Virus record (IMG/VR): IMGVR_UViG_3300043570_000986
Span: 23,246 to 87,245 of that record
Reading direction: 5' to 3' (one strand)
From: a virus
Length of the DNA stretch: 64,000 bases
The notes under the pieces were generated by a model. It was not told the origin of the DNA. It searched no databases and saw nothing but the letters and a program-made list of their open reading frames with translations. Each line of letters begins with the position of its first letter. The stretch's first letter is position 1. A program made the translations under genes and the position numbers. Positions 10,275-21,429 of the stretch are shown here, piece after piece.

Positions 10275-10762
10275 TAGAATTTAAAGCAACTAAAAGAACT
10301 AAAGGAAAATTTACTAAAGATTTATCAACTAAAGATTTTTACAAAGATTATTGTAGAGCATCTTTTAACAACAAAAGAATACCTGTTGACTATGCTGTAT
10401 ATTATAAAGTTGTAAGAGCATTTAATAAATCTTTACAAAGTAAAATAGTTAGTGAAGCTGGATCTTTTAAGATGCCATATAATTTAGGTTATCTAGGAAT
10501 TATTAAATATGATGTCAACTTTGACATAGATAAAATAAAAAACTGGAAAGTTAATTATGGTGAATCTAAAAAACAAGGTATGTTAATTTACTATGATCAA
10601 CCATTTAGATATAAATGGAAATGGGATAAAACTAAATTAAAACTTACAGGTAAAAAATATTATAAATTTTCTCCATGTAGAGAAGCATCTAGAGCTATCC
10701 CTGAACATATTAGGAATACTCCAGGTTTTGATTATTATGAAACTTTAACTAGAAAACAATGA
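10271..10762 (+). CDS. IHF/HU-like basic DNA-binding protein of the crAss-like tail module
   Basis: Very basic; FKMPYNLGYLGIIK resembles the HU/IHF beta-arm start; crAss-like phages carry an IHF-like gene here. Confidence 0.55.
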   Translation: MIEFKATKRTKGKFTKDLSTKDFYKDYCRASFNNKRIPVDYAVYYKVVRAFNKSLQSKIVSEAGSFKMPYNLGYLGIIKYDVNFDIDKIKNWKVNYGESKKQGMLIYYDQPFRYKWKWDKTKLKLTGKKYYKFSPCREASRAIPEHIRNTPGFDYYETLTRKQ

Positions 10763-11460
10763 TAGTAAATTTTAAATCATCTAAAGCATTAATTGCTGGG
10801 TTATATAGAGATCTTGGAAACAATACTGAGATTAATGAAAGTGATATAATTGAATGGTTGGCGGAAGCTCTATCTATGATAGGTTCTTATGCTCAAAATA
10901 AAGAAGTATCTACAGTTCTTACTGTTGCAAATCATACTGTAACATTACCTTGTGATTTTATATATCCTAAAGATATTACCCATAATGGTAAAGCATTATC
11001 TTGGTCAACTAAATCTGCAGCTAATAATTATAAGTGTGATACTTGTAACGCAATACCAACATGCTGTACAGATTATAATTTTTATATCTCTGATGGATGT
11101 TTAAACACATCATTAGAGTCTGGAGATTTGTGTATAGTATATCAAGCAATACCTGTAGATGAAGATGGTTTTCCATTAGTTCCAGATAATGTATATTTTG
11201 ATAAAGCTTTAAAAGCTTATGTAACTTACATGTTAGATAAAATACAATTTAGAAGAGGATTAGTTCCTGAAGTTGTCTTTAGAATGTCAGAAAAAGATTG
11301 GTATTTTTATGTTAACTCTGCTAGAGGTTCAGCATATATGCCTGATGCTGCTCAAATGGATAGATTACAAAAAGTTTGGGTAAGATTAATTCCTAAACCA
11401 CATGAGTTTTCTAATAACTTTAGAAATCTTGAAAATCATGAAAGAAGAAATTTAAGATAA
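10759..11460 (+). CDS. Tail tubular/ring protein (P22 gp4-like position)
   Basis: 233 aa; YQAIPVDEDGFPLVPD motif; immediately upstream of the stabilization protein. Confidence 0.6.
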   Translation: MIVNFKSSKALIAGLYRDLGNNTEINESDIIEWLAEALSMIGSYAQNKEVSTVLTVANHTVTLPCDFIYPKDITHNGKALSWSTKSAANNYKCDTCNAIPTCCTDYNFYISDGCLNTSLESGDLCIVYQAIPVDEDGFPLVPDNVYFDKALKAYVTYMLDKIQFRRGLVPEVVFRMSEKDWYFYVNSARGSAYMPDAAQMDRLQKVWVRLIPKPHEFSNNFRNLENHERRNLR

Positions 11461-11461
11461 T

Positions 11462-14400
11462 ATGGAAAGTATAAATTCATTTTCGTCAGGGATGAACTCT
11501 GATCAGTCTAAAACTATTTTAAATAAGGAAACTTATTTACAAGCATTGAATTTTCGTGGATTAAGTGAGCTAGGATCTTCTAATGGTTCATTAGTTAATA
11601 TTAAAGGTAATGAATGTAAACTTACATTCCCTGATTTACAACCTGTTTTTAAAATAGAAGTAATTCAAGCAGAATCTGATACGGCTAACCCTACAGATAT
11701 TACTATTAATGGTGTTACAGATAGTATAGATATTTTAAATACTACTACAGGATTTGATTTATTTACATTCATAACTAGCAAATTTTCAAACTGTTATCAA
11801 TATACAGGTACTACAGTAGCTACTAAAACATTTGCTGTAGCTTATGAAGATAATTACATTGTAATTTATAATCAACCAGTATATCAAAATTGTACAACAG
11901 TAGCTTCTATTGCTCCAACAATAGTATTAACACCAGATGAAGATGATGGTACTAGAGCATTATTATATTTTATTAATCAAAATGCAGCTAATAGTTTAAC
12001 TCAAAATACAGCTAAGCCATATGTGGCAGGTTGTCCAAGTTCTTTAGTTAAACCTATTGGTTCTACATTTATATTAAATGATATTTATATATTAACAGCT
12101 ACTGATAATCCAACTTATGGACCAGCAGGTGCTCCAAATGAAATACCATCTAATGATGAATTACAATTTGGTGGAGCTATATGGAAATTAAATATTGATG
12201 ATATATCTAAACAACATACATTAACTTTAGTATATTCTAATAACTTAGATTTTACTAAATATCATCCAATTCCACCATCTGCTATTACAGGTAGATATGA
12301 GAGTATTGATATTAAACGTATATACTGGTCTGACAACTATAATAAGATTAGAACTATAAATACAGAAGCTCCTCAATTAATGGCTTTAAATCCAACAATA
12401 TTGAGTATAATGCCTCTTGTAGAATACACTCAAGGAATATTAAATTCTATAGGAATAGGTTCTTTACCTGCTGGATGCTATCAGTTAGCTTATAGATTAT
12501 CTAAAGTACTAGGTTCTGTAACTAATTTTTCTGAATTAAGTAATCCAGTATACCTTACAACTAGTCCTGAATCTAATGCTTTTCATTTATATGAAGGTGG
12601 ACTTGGTGCTACAGGTAAAAACATTACTTGGAAATTAGATAATTTAGATTTAAATTTTGATCAAATTGAATCTATTATAATATATAGAAGTTCAGATTCT
12701 TCAATACCTACAATAACATCTTTAGGTGTTCAAACAATATCTAGTACAATGAATATTGTTTACAGTGATCCTAATGCTACAACTAATAGTGAAATTACAC
12801 TAGATGAATTTTTATTATTTAATGGTACATTTACACATGCTAAAACTTGTGATACAAAAGATAATAGATTGTTTTGGGGTAATGTTAGAGCTCCAAGAAA
12901 AGATTTAGAGCTTTATGATGCTAGAGCTTTTAGAGCTAATGATGCAGGTGAAATAAGATTAGTTAATAATGCAGATGGTGGAGCACCATATACTTTTTCT
13001 CAAGCTAAAGCATTAGCACAAACTGAAGATACTATTAACGAATATTATAATTCTAATACCGGAGATTATTCAACAAATGCTTGTTATTTAAAACCAACTG
13101 ATTTAACAAAATTAGGAGGAGAAGGTGCAAATATTTCATATGAATTTGGTACATATATATTATCAACAGATGATCAAGCAGGTCCACAAGGAGAAGATAA
13201 TTGGGATTTATATATTAATCATGTAGGTTCTCCATATAGAGGTTCTATTACAGAATCATCTCCTATTACTAATAGTAATTTAGTTTATAGTTATCCTCAA
13301 AATGGAAAATTTGCCGCTTTAAAACAACCTGAAAGAACTTCAATCTTAAAAGGATTTCAACATGAAGAAATTTATAGATTTGGTATTCAGTTTTTTGATA
13401 AAGAAGGTAATCCTTATTTTACTAAATGGATAGGTGATATTAAAATGCCTAGTTATGGGGATAAAAATGATAATCCAGGTGGTTCAGTAAATGATTTTAG
13501 ATTATCATATCAAGGAGCGTTTAATGATATTATATCACAAGCATTGTATATTAAATTTACAGTTGATATTTCTTTCATTCAAGATTTAATAGGAGGTTAT
13601 CAAATAGTTAGAGTTAAAAGAGAAGGTACTAATAAAACTATTTGGGGAGTAGGATTAATTAACCCTATGATTTCTTATGATGGAACTGACGGAGGAGGCA
13701 CTGCTTCTTTACCTGCAGGATTTGAAAGTGAGTTTACTAACTTTACAATGCCTCCTGTATTTGGACCTGTTCCTTTTCCTAGAAGATATTATAAACCATA
13801 TCCTTCACAAGATTCTGTTGAAACATTAAATATTTCTTATGATAATTCTTCTAATCCTAATTTTGCAAGATTTAAAACATTTGATTGTTGGGATTTTGAT
13901 TTAGGTAATAGACCATCATTTGCAAATACTGATAAATTATTTATTAGAAGTAGATTAGAGTCTGTAAATTACAGAAATTCAGCAGGTGGTTATAGACAAT
14001 GGTTTGATAAAGATTATGGGACAACAGCAGGACAAGAAGTTCCAACAGATGCAGCAAGTATAGATAATGGTACAACTCCACCTTTTTTTTCATCTTTAGG
14101 TTCAAATAATGATAATTCACATCAACCATTTTTTATATTTAAATTAGTTGATAATTTTTTACATACTGATTATACTCAATTTGTAACAAGTGGTACAAAT
14201 AAATTTAATTATAATTTAGTACATGCTGAATATATTCCAGGTAATGATTCTATTACATGGTCAGGTTATTCAATTAATAATAAAGGATTAGATAATCCAA
14301 TTGCTCCAGCTACTACAACAGGCAGCCCAGCAGGAGGTAAACAAACTTTATTTTTAGTAGTATCAAATAATCTTCCCAATACTAAAGCTTCTTTATTTAC

Positions 14401-16201
14401 AAGTGACAATGATGCTGCATTTAATTATAACTGTACAGATACTTCAAATCCATTTTATAAATTATTAGCATTATATTATAAACCAAATTCATCATTATAT
14501 GGTGGAGCAACTTATGTAGCTAGAACTAATAATGAATATATTCCTTGTGGAGAATATGTACCAACAATGCAAAATGGTTCATTTACAATACCTTCGGGTA
14601 TTAAAACATTAATGACTTTTGGTGGTGATGTTTTTACTGTAACTTATGATTTTCAAAAAACATTTAAACCTTTATCAGGTGGTGCTACATATTTTAGATT
14701 TGATTACAATAGTTCAGGTACAGTTTTAAATTTGTTATCTGCTGAAGCAAGATTTAGTACATCTTTTTTTGTGCCTTGTACAAGTATATCAAATCAAGAA
14801 TTAAGATTGGGAAATCATCCTAATAAAAGTATTACTGCAGAAGCAGGTTATGAAGAAGATGATTATTCATATAATACATATAATAATGCTGAAAATGATG
14901 TTAAAACATATTTTCCCAAACCATTAAACTTTCAAACATCTGAAGAATGGATTAATAGAATATATTGGTCAGAAGTTAAGTTTAATAATGAAATACAAGA
15001 TTCATGGTCAGTATATCTTACAGATAGTTTTTATGATGTAGAAGGTAACTATGGTGGTATTAATGCATTAGTATCTCTTAAAGAAAATATGTATTACTTA
15101 CAAGAACGTGGTGTTGGTTCACTAATGATTAATCCTGTATCATTAATTAATGATCAAATGGGACAACCTATTAAATTAGGTGGTAGTGCTTCTAATAGTC
15201 CTGTAATACAAAAACATTATTATAAATCTATTGATACTGGTACTTTTCATCAGTGGTCAGTATATAGATCTCAATCTACAATAACATTTGTTGATGCTAG
15301 ACATAAAAAGATTTATTTATTTAATGGTGAATCTGTAAGTCCTATTTCTGATATTAAAGGACAAAGAAATTTTGTTATTAAAAGATTACATAATGAATTA
15401 TTAAAATTTGATAACCCTGTAATTAATAAAGGTGTATTAACTACTTATGATTATTATCATAATGAATTTTTATATACTTTTAACAATGACTTAGAAGGAG
15501 ATACTATTAATAATGAAAATCTTACATTAGCTTATTCTGAAGTATTAAATGCATTTACAGGAATGTATTCATTTACACCTAACTTATACATCAATAGTAA
15601 TAAGTATTTAATTAGTACAAAAAATTCTAATGTAGGTCCATATTATCCTAGTAACAAATTATGGTTTCATAATTATGGTGCTTATGGATCATTCTATAAT
15701 ACAGTATATCCTAGTACATTAAAATTATTAATTAATGATAATCCTTTATATACTAAAGTATTTGATAACATGACTATTGAATCAGAAGCTATAGATGATA
15801 ATGTTGAATGGAATGATGATTTAAATATCTATCCAGGTTCACCAACTAATCCTTCATATCCAGATGATGTAAATATTAAAGACTCTACTTTTCAAGAAGT
15901 TAGATGTTACAATCAATATCAAAATACTGATTGGACTACATTAACTATTGCTCCACCTAATAATAACATTAGAAAAGTTGAACAAGGATTTAACTTACAA
16001 TTACCTAGAAATAAGTTTGATTATGATACTTATAATCCATCTACTTATTCAATCTTTGATCCTAGTAAATTAACTAAAACTACCTTTGGAGAAAGGCTTA
16101 GAGATAAGTGGTTAATTGCAGACTTTAAATATGACAATCTATTAGGTCTAAGATTTATAATTCACAATATTAAAACACTACTTAGAATATCTGATAGATA
16201 A
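11462..16201 (+). CDS. Tail stabilization/muzzle protein (P22 gp10-like)
   Basis: 1579-aa beta-rich protein starting NSFSSGMNSD, with IYWSD, YRFGIQF and FGGDVF motifs and a C-terminal RLRDKW. Confidence 0.7.
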   Translation: MESINSFSSGMNSDQSKTILNKETYLQALNFRGLSELGSSNGSLVNIKGNECKLTFPDLQPVFKIEVIQAESDTANPTDITINGVTDSIDILNTTTGFDLFTFITSKFSNCYQYTGTTVATKTFAVAYEDNYIVIYNQPVYQNCTTVASIAPTIVLTPDEDDGTRALLYFINQNAANSLTQNTAKPYVAGCPSSLVKPIGSTFILNDIYILTATDNPTYGPAGAPNEIPSNDELQFGGAIWKLNIDDISKQHTLTLVYSNNLDFTKYHPIPPSAITGRYESIDIKRIYWSDNYNKIRTINTEAPQLMALNPTILSIMPLVEYTQGILNSIGIGSLPAGCYQLAYRLSKVLGSVTNFSELSNPVYLTTSPESNAFHLYEGGLGATGKNITWKLDNLDLNFDQIESIIIYRSSDSSIPTITSLGVQTISSTMNIVYSDPNATTNSEITLDEFLLFNGTFTHAKTCDTKDNRLFWGNVRAPRKDLELYDARAFRANDAGEIRLVNNADGGAPYTFSQAKALAQTEDTINEYYNSNTGDYSTNACYLKPTDLTKLGGEGANISYEFGTYILSTDDQAGPQGEDNWDLYINHVGSPYRGSITESSPITNSNLVYSYPQNGKFAALKQPERTSILKGFQHEEIYRFGIQFFDKEGNPYFTKWIGDIKMPSYGDKNDNPGGSVNDFRLSYQGAFNDIISQALYIKFTVDISFIQDLIGGYQIVRVKREGTNKTIWGVGLINPMISYDGTDGGGTASLPAGFESEFTNFTMPPVFGPVPFPRRYYKPYPSQDSVETLNISYDNSSNPNFARFKTFDCWDFDLGNRPSFANTDKLFIRSRLESVNYRNSAGGYRQWFDKDYGTTAGQEVPTDAASIDNGTTPPFFSSLGSNNDNSHQPFFIFKLVDNFLHTDYTQFVTSGTNKFNYNLVHAEYIPGNDSITWSGYSINNKGLDNPIAPATTTGSPAGGKQTLFLVVSNNLPNTKASLFTSDNDAAFNYNCTDTSNPFYKLLALYYKPNSSLYGGATYVARTNNEYIPCGEYVPTMQNGSFTIPSGIKTLMTFGGDVFTVTYDFQKTFKPLSGGATYFRFDYNSSGTVLNLLSAEARFSTSFFVPCTSISNQELRLGNHPNKSITAEAGYEEDDYSYNTYNNAENDVKTYFPKPLNFQTSEEWINRIYWSEVKFNNEIQDSWSVYLTDSFYDVEGNYGGINALVSLKENMYYLQERGVGSLMINPVSLINDQMGQPIKLGGSASNSPVIQKHYYKSIDTGTFHQWSVYRSQSTITFVDARHKKIYLFNGESVSPISDIKGQRNFVIKRLHNELLKFDNPVINKGVLTTYDYYHNEFLYTFNNDLEGDTINNENLTLAYSEVLNAFTGMYSFTPNLYINSNKYLISTKNSNVGPYYPSNKLWFHNYGAYGSFYNTVYPSTLKLLINDNPLYTKVFDNMTIESEAIDDNVEWNDDLNIYPGSPTNPSYPDDVNIKDSTFQEVRCYNQYQNTDWTTLTIAPPNNNIRKVEQGFNLQLPRNKFDYDTYNPSTYSIFDPSKLTKTTFGERLRDKWLIADFKYDNLLGLRFIIHNIKTLLRISDR

Positions 16202-16230
16202 CTAAAATAATTATACTTAACACATATAAC

Positions 16231-16272
16231 AGCCCTGGTTATTACTTAACTGTAAATACTAGGGTTTTTATT
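16231..16272 (+). terminator. Intrinsic terminator
   Basis: Imperfect stem agccctggt...actagggtt followed by a T-run. Confidence 0.55.
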
Positions 16273-16331
16273 TGCATATTACAAAAAAATAAACTATATT
16301 ATATAGTACACATATAACCAAATTTGTTATC

Positions 16332-19325
16332 ATGAAAAAATCAAATAAGAAAATTCCTAAAACACATTTACCTAAATATTTTTATGGTGATGAAGTTCCT
16401 ATGAATCAACAATCTTCATATAATCCTAATGTAAATCCTATGTATAGAACTAATGATTCTGGTATGGGACCTAATGGACAAGCAGATGCTTATCAAGCAC
16501 CTAGTGCTACTGATCAAGGTGGAGGTACTCAAAATATTTATAATCAAAAAAGATCTTTTGGTAAAAATATAGGACAGTATGCAGGTTATGCTGCGGCTGC
16601 AGGACAAACTGCTAGTAATTTAGCAGCTATTAATAATCAAAACTATAATGGTGATACTAAAGCTGCTTATCAATCACAAGCTATAGGTAGTGGTATTACT
16701 CAAGGTATGGGTAGTCTTAGTCCTTATATTGCTATGGGTACAGGTATTAGAAAATCTGCTACAGGGATGATTGGTGATAAACAGGGAGCTAATAGAACAT
16801 TATCTAATTGGGCGGCAGCACCTCATGAAGCAGCTAGTTCAGATATTGCTGCAGCTAATAATTCACAAAATACTCAATCTCAAAAGATTGGAGGATATAT
16901 GTCAGCTATTGGTGATATTACAGGTATGAGTAAGATGCGTCAAATGTTTTCTTATGGTACAGGTAATGATGAAAAGACTACAGGATTTTGGGGTAAGTAT
17001 AATGATTTATCAGGTATTAGTGCTAGAAATAACCAGAAAAATTCTTTAGAACAAGAAAATTTAGCAGCTCAGAAAGCTCAAGAAGATGCTTATGCTCAAC
17101 AACAAACTGATTATCAAAATCAACAACAATCAATGATGGATGCTGCTTTTGCTAGAGGATACGCAAATCAAAATCAAACAGGAGGAGGTGCATATGTTCA
17201 ATATGCTAAATATGGTGGACAAATGAAATATGCCATGGGTGGTATGAACATACAACCTAATGCTGAAGTTGAGGGTAATGAAATGATTACTTCAAATACA
17301 CCACCACAAGTATTTGCTAATGGTGGAGTTGAATTAGCTTCCAATAATCCATATGGTACACCTACTTATAAAACTAATGGTGCTAGTCATGAAAATGGTG
17401 GAATACCTATGAATATGGCTCCAGGTTCTATTGTTAATGGTAAAACTAAAAATCCTTTAACAGGAAATAAGTTTACCAAAGATGTTGATATTATTGCTAA
17501 AATGGAAAATAAATATACTAAAAAAGCAGAAAGCGGTGATAAATTTTCTAATACAAATGCTAAACTTATATTACCTATTTTAGCACAAAAGAAAGATTAT
17601 TTAAATAATTTACAAAATGCTATTATTGCTAATCAAAAACAAGCTAAAGCATTAAGTAGAGGGGAGTTACCTCAAGTTCCTATGGATAATCAACAAATGC
17701 AATCTCAAGGTATGCCTGGACAACCTCAAAATGCAGTAGCAATTGGTAAACATGGTGGTATGATGAATAAGATGGCAATGGGTGGAGTACAACTACCTTT
17801 TTATAATACTGATAATGCAGGTAATCCAATGTATGCAATGGGTGGTGGTTATCCAGCAATGACTAATCCTTATAATAACTTCAGAGGTAGTATACCTATG
17901 TATCCTGATGGTGGTATAAATGCACAAGGATTAACTAAACCTGAATATGAACAAGCACAAAGAGATAGTAGTGTAATTTATAAATCTGGACTTGCTAAAA
18001 TTCCTAATTATCAATTTCCAGGTTTTACAGAATCTTCAATGAGAGAAGGTCTTCGTACTAATCCTAGATCACCAGCGATAAAAACAGCTACAGGACAACC
18101 ATATGGTAGTGATGCTGGTGTTAATATGATGGACAGTGAAGCTTCTGATTTTAGTAATTTTAAAACTACAAGAGTTCCTTGGCAAGAATATATTCCCGGT
18201 ACTGAAAAAAGTGGTGTTGCTATTGAAAATAAACCACTTGAAAAACCTGTTAGTTCTCCAAATTGGGGATCTACTACTATTTTAAAAGATGGTAGACATT
18301 TAAGAGCTTATCCAGATGGACATACTGAAATAGTAGGAAATCCAAGAAAAGTAGTAAATGTAGGTAATCTTGAAAAGAAAAAATACGGTGGTCAAATGTT
18401 ACCTAAGTTTTTAGTAGGTGGAAGATATATTGATGGAGTTTGGGTAGAAGATAATCAACCTACTGCAGGATTTCAAACTGATGCTTGGCAACAATCAAGT
18501 GGTCCTGTTAATAATATAGGAGAAAATTCTAATGTAAATAATTTAATTACTAATAAAGATTTTAATAAGTTTAAAAATGCAAATGCTGAAATAACAAATG
18601 ATCAAATTATAAATCAAAATAATAAAGATCGAATGATTGGTAACACTAATGCAAGAATGCATCAAGCCAATAGATTATCAGGAGAATCTCAATATTTACC
18701 AGATAATAACAATGTTAGAAATAATCCTAATTTAAAACAAACTCAAAGAGAAACTGATCCTAATTCTAAAAACTTTGATTGGGGTAGCTTAGCGTTAAAT
18801 GCTGGTAACTTTGCAGGACAAAACATGGGTAATATTTATGATTTAAGTAGAAAGAATGCTCCTTTACAAAAGTATGATAGAGCTACTGGAAAATTTTTAG
18901 ATCCTACAAAAGCAATTGCTGGTGAAAATTATATATACAGACAAACTAAAAATACATTACCTGGTCTTACTGGCGGAAATGCAGGAGCAACTATGGCTTT
19001 ATTATTTGCTAATAAAGCAAATACTGCTACTAGAATTGGTAGACTTCGTGAAACATATGATAATGCTAATGCACAAATTGGTAATCAATTAAGTCAGTAT
19101 AATACTGAGATTGCTTATCGTGAAGCAGAAGCTAGAGCTAAAGATGCTGCAATGAAAGAAAATATTAGAAGTCAAGCTATTCATGGTATTGGTTCAAGTT
19201 TTGGTAAAGCTACTAAATCAGGTAAACAAGATGAAATGGATGAAAAAACTTTAGCCATGTATAAAGAATATTATAATAATCCTCAATTTAGAGCTGCATT
19301 AAAAAAAGCAGGTTATGATGTTTAA
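16332..19325 (+). CDS. Virion cargo/ejection protein 1
   Basis: 997 aa, low-complexity Q/N/G/M; AEVEGNE and GASHENGGIP motifs; repeated KYGG/AMGG motifs. Confidence 0.65.
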   Translation: MKKSNKKIPKTHLPKYFYGDEVPMNQQSSYNPNVNPMYRTNDSGMGPNGQADAYQAPSATDQGGGTQNIYNQKRSFGKNIGQYAGYAAAAGQTASNLAAINNQNYNGDTKAAYQSQAIGSGITQGMGSLSPYIAMGTGIRKSATGMIGDKQGANRTLSNWAAAPHEAASSDIAAANNSQNTQSQKIGGYMSAIGDITGMSKMRQMFSYGTGNDEKTTGFWGKYNDLSGISARNNQKNSLEQENLAAQKAQEDAYAQQQTDYQNQQQSMMDAAFARGYANQNQTGGGAYVQYAKYGGQMKYAMGGMNIQPNAEVEGNEMITSNTPPQVFANGGVELASNNPYGTPTYKTNGASHENGGIPMNMAPGSIVNGKTKNPLTGNKFTKDVDIIAKMENKYTKKAESGDKFSNTNAKLILPILAQKKDYLNNLQNAIIANQKQAKALSRGELPQVPMDNQQMQSQGMPGQPQNAVAIGKHGGMMNKMAMGGVQLPFYNTDNAGNPMYAMGGGYPAMTNPYNNFRGSIPMYPDGGINAQGLTKPEYEQAQRDSSVIYKSGLAKIPNYQFPGFTESSMREGLRTNPRSPAIKTATGQPYGSDAGVNMMDSEASDFSNFKTTRVPWQEYIPGTEKSGVAIENKPLEKPVSSPNWGSTTILKDGRHLRAYPDGHTEIVGNPRKVVNVGNLEKKKYGGQMLPKFLVGGRYIDGVWVEDNQPTAGFQTDAWQQSSGPVNNIGENSNVNNLITNKDFNKFKNANAEITNDQIINQNNKDRMIGNTNARMHQANRLSGESQYLPDNNNVRNNPNLKQTQRETDPNSKNFDWGSLALNAGNFAGQNMGNIYDLSRKNAPLQKYDRATGKFLDPTKAIAGENYIYRQTKNTLPGLTGGNAGATMALLFANKANTATRIGRLRETYDNANAQIGNQLSQYNTEIAYREAEARAKDAAMKENIRSQAIHGIGSSFGKATKSGKQDEMDEKTLAMYKEYYNNPQFRAALKKAGYDV

Positions 19326-19362
19326 ATTTTGTTTCTAACTAATTAATTAATACCTTTACAAA

Positions 19363-21423
19363 ATGCCAATAAATAGATTTTCTACCGTAGGTCAAAGTGA
19401 ATATACTCCACAACATGTACCATTACCTTTTGAGGCAATAGGTGCATTAGGTGAAAGAACTCAAAAAGCACATGATGCTGCTATTGATGATACTTATAAA
19501 TTAAAAGATTTAATGACTAAAGTACCAGCAATTTATGATCCTAATTTAGGTTTATCTAATATTCAAAAGAAAAAAGAATTAGATGCTCAATTTGCACCTA
19601 AGATTGATGAACTTACTAATAAGATAATGGCAGGAGATTCTAATGCTCCTAGAGAATTAGAACAACTTAAAAGAGATTTTGCTAATAATCCTATTAGACA
19701 AGAACTTGAAAATTCATATGTAGACTATCAAGCATATAAAAAAGATATGATGGATAAAAAAGATGCATATGCTGTTTATAAAGATCCATATAGAAATAAA
19801 GCGTTAATTAATGAAGCTGGTGAACTTCAACCATTTAGATATTCTGGTATGGGTGAAAAACAAGATCATGCAACTGAAGCTAGAGCTCAAATGTCAGATA
19901 TTGCTAAATGGGGATATGATTCTAAAAATTCATATTTAGATCCTAAAGATGGTAATATTTATACTAAAGGTTCTAGTGGTAAATATATTAAAGATGAAAG
20001 AGTTAGACAATTAGCAAATACCAAAGCTGATAAATTTATTCAAACTCAAAAAGGTCAAGATTATTTACAATTATTACATTATCAAAATCCCAATGCTACA
20101 CCTCAAGAATTAATGCAAGGAGTATCTGATTATTTATATGCTGCTGGTGCTAATCAAGTATTTCAAGATGTTGGTGGAATGACTGATGTTCAAGCAACAA
20201 GTATGTCTGGAGATATTAGAAAAGAAAAACAAGAATTTGCTGGACCAATGCCTACATATCAAAATCCATTAGCAACTACTGGAACAACACTTACTCCTAA
20301 ATCAGGATTAGGTTGGTTAGGTATTAATACAAATTCTATTAATGATGATGGAACAGTTAATCATAGAACAAATATTGATTCTAAATATATTGTAACAAAA
20401 ATTGATGGTACAACTTCTACATATTATACAAGTCAAGAAGCTCATAAAGCTGCTGGAAATACAGGTATTATAACTCAACAAAAAACAGATAAAGGTGAAC
20501 AACAGCAAAACTTAACTAAATTTTACAATGATTTATTAACTACAGCTAGAGGTTTAGGTTTAGAAATACCTAAAAAATCTAATGATAAATCTAGAACAGA
20601 TTATGATGAATTACAAAAACAATTATCAAAATATGGTCAAAATATGCAACAACAAGGTAATACTTCTGCAGGATTACAATCAAGATTTGGTAATAATTTA
20701 TCTAATGAATTATTAGGAACTGTTACTGCAAAAGATGATGGTACTACAGTATTTAAAAAATCTCCATTATTAGGAGGTGCTAAAATTGTAGATCAATCTA
20801 CAGGAGAAGTTATTTCAGAAAATAAAGAAGAAGTAGCAAAAGATGGAGCTATTAGAGGTATTAATTATTTTGCTCCTGAAGCAGGTACTTATAGAATGGA
20901 TTCTAAAAACAAAGCTTACAATTATAATCCTGGAGATAATAATTTAAACGCTATGACTAAAAATACACATAGTTTAACACAAGATATTGTTAAAGCTAGA
21001 CAAGGTAAACAAAATAGTAAAACAATTATTGATAGTGATAATAATACTGTTGGAGATTATGCTAACAATATTGTAAATAGTTTAAAAGAAAACTTTAAAA
21101 CAATACCTGCAAATAACCCACAAGGATTAATATTAGCTAATCATTTAAGTGAAAATCTTGCTAAATTAAATGGATATGAACCAGTTAGTGTTAAAACTAG
21201 TGATATTTTAATACAAGAAGGTTCTCGTAGAGGATCTCCAAAATATAATTATGTAGCTTATGAACATAAAGGATTTGGTACTACTAATGAAGCTGATGAT
21301 AAAATATTAAGAGTGGATGCTGAAAGTGGACAAACAGAAATTATGACATTAGGTGATATTCATGCTAGTGAAAGAGATTATTTACAACAAAATTATGCAG
21401 GTGCATTTGAACCAACTAAATAA
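19363..21423 (+). CDS. Virion cargo/ejection protein 2
   Basis: 686 aa, starting NRF..YTPQHVPLPFE, between cargo 1 and the virion RNAP. Confidence 0.6.
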   Translation: MPINRFSTVGQSEYTPQHVPLPFEAIGALGERTQKAHDAAIDDTYKLKDLMTKVPAIYDPNLGLSNIQKKKELDAQFAPKIDELTNKIMAGDSNAPRELEQLKRDFANNPIRQELENSYVDYQAYKKDMMDKKDAYAVYKDPYRNKALINEAGELQPFRYSGMGEKQDHATEARAQMSDIAKWGYDSKNSYLDPKDGNIYTKGSSGKYIKDERVRQLANTKADKFIQTQKGQDYLQLLHYQNPNATPQELMQGVSDYLYAAGANQVFQDVGGMTDVQATSMSGDIRKEKQEFAGPMPTYQNPLATTGTTLTPKSGLGWLGINTNSINDDGTVNHRTNIDSKYIVTKIDGTTSTYYTSQEAHKAAGNTGIITQQKTDKGEQQQNLTKFYNDLLTTARGLGLEIPKKSNDKSRTDYDELQKQLSKYGQNMQQQGNTSAGLQSRFGNNLSNELLGTVTAKDDGTTVFKKSPLLGGAKIVDQSTGEVISENKEEVAKDGAIRGINYFAPEAGTYRMDSKNKAYNYNPGDNNLNAMTKNTHSLTQDIVKARQGKQNSKTIIDSDNNTVGDYANNIVNSLKENFKTIPANNPQGLILANHLSENLAKLNGYEPVSVKTSDILIQEGSRRGSPKYNYVAYEHKGFGTTNEADDKILRVDAESGQTEIMTLGDIHASERDYLQQNYAGAFEPTK

Positions 21424-21429
21424 TAAATT

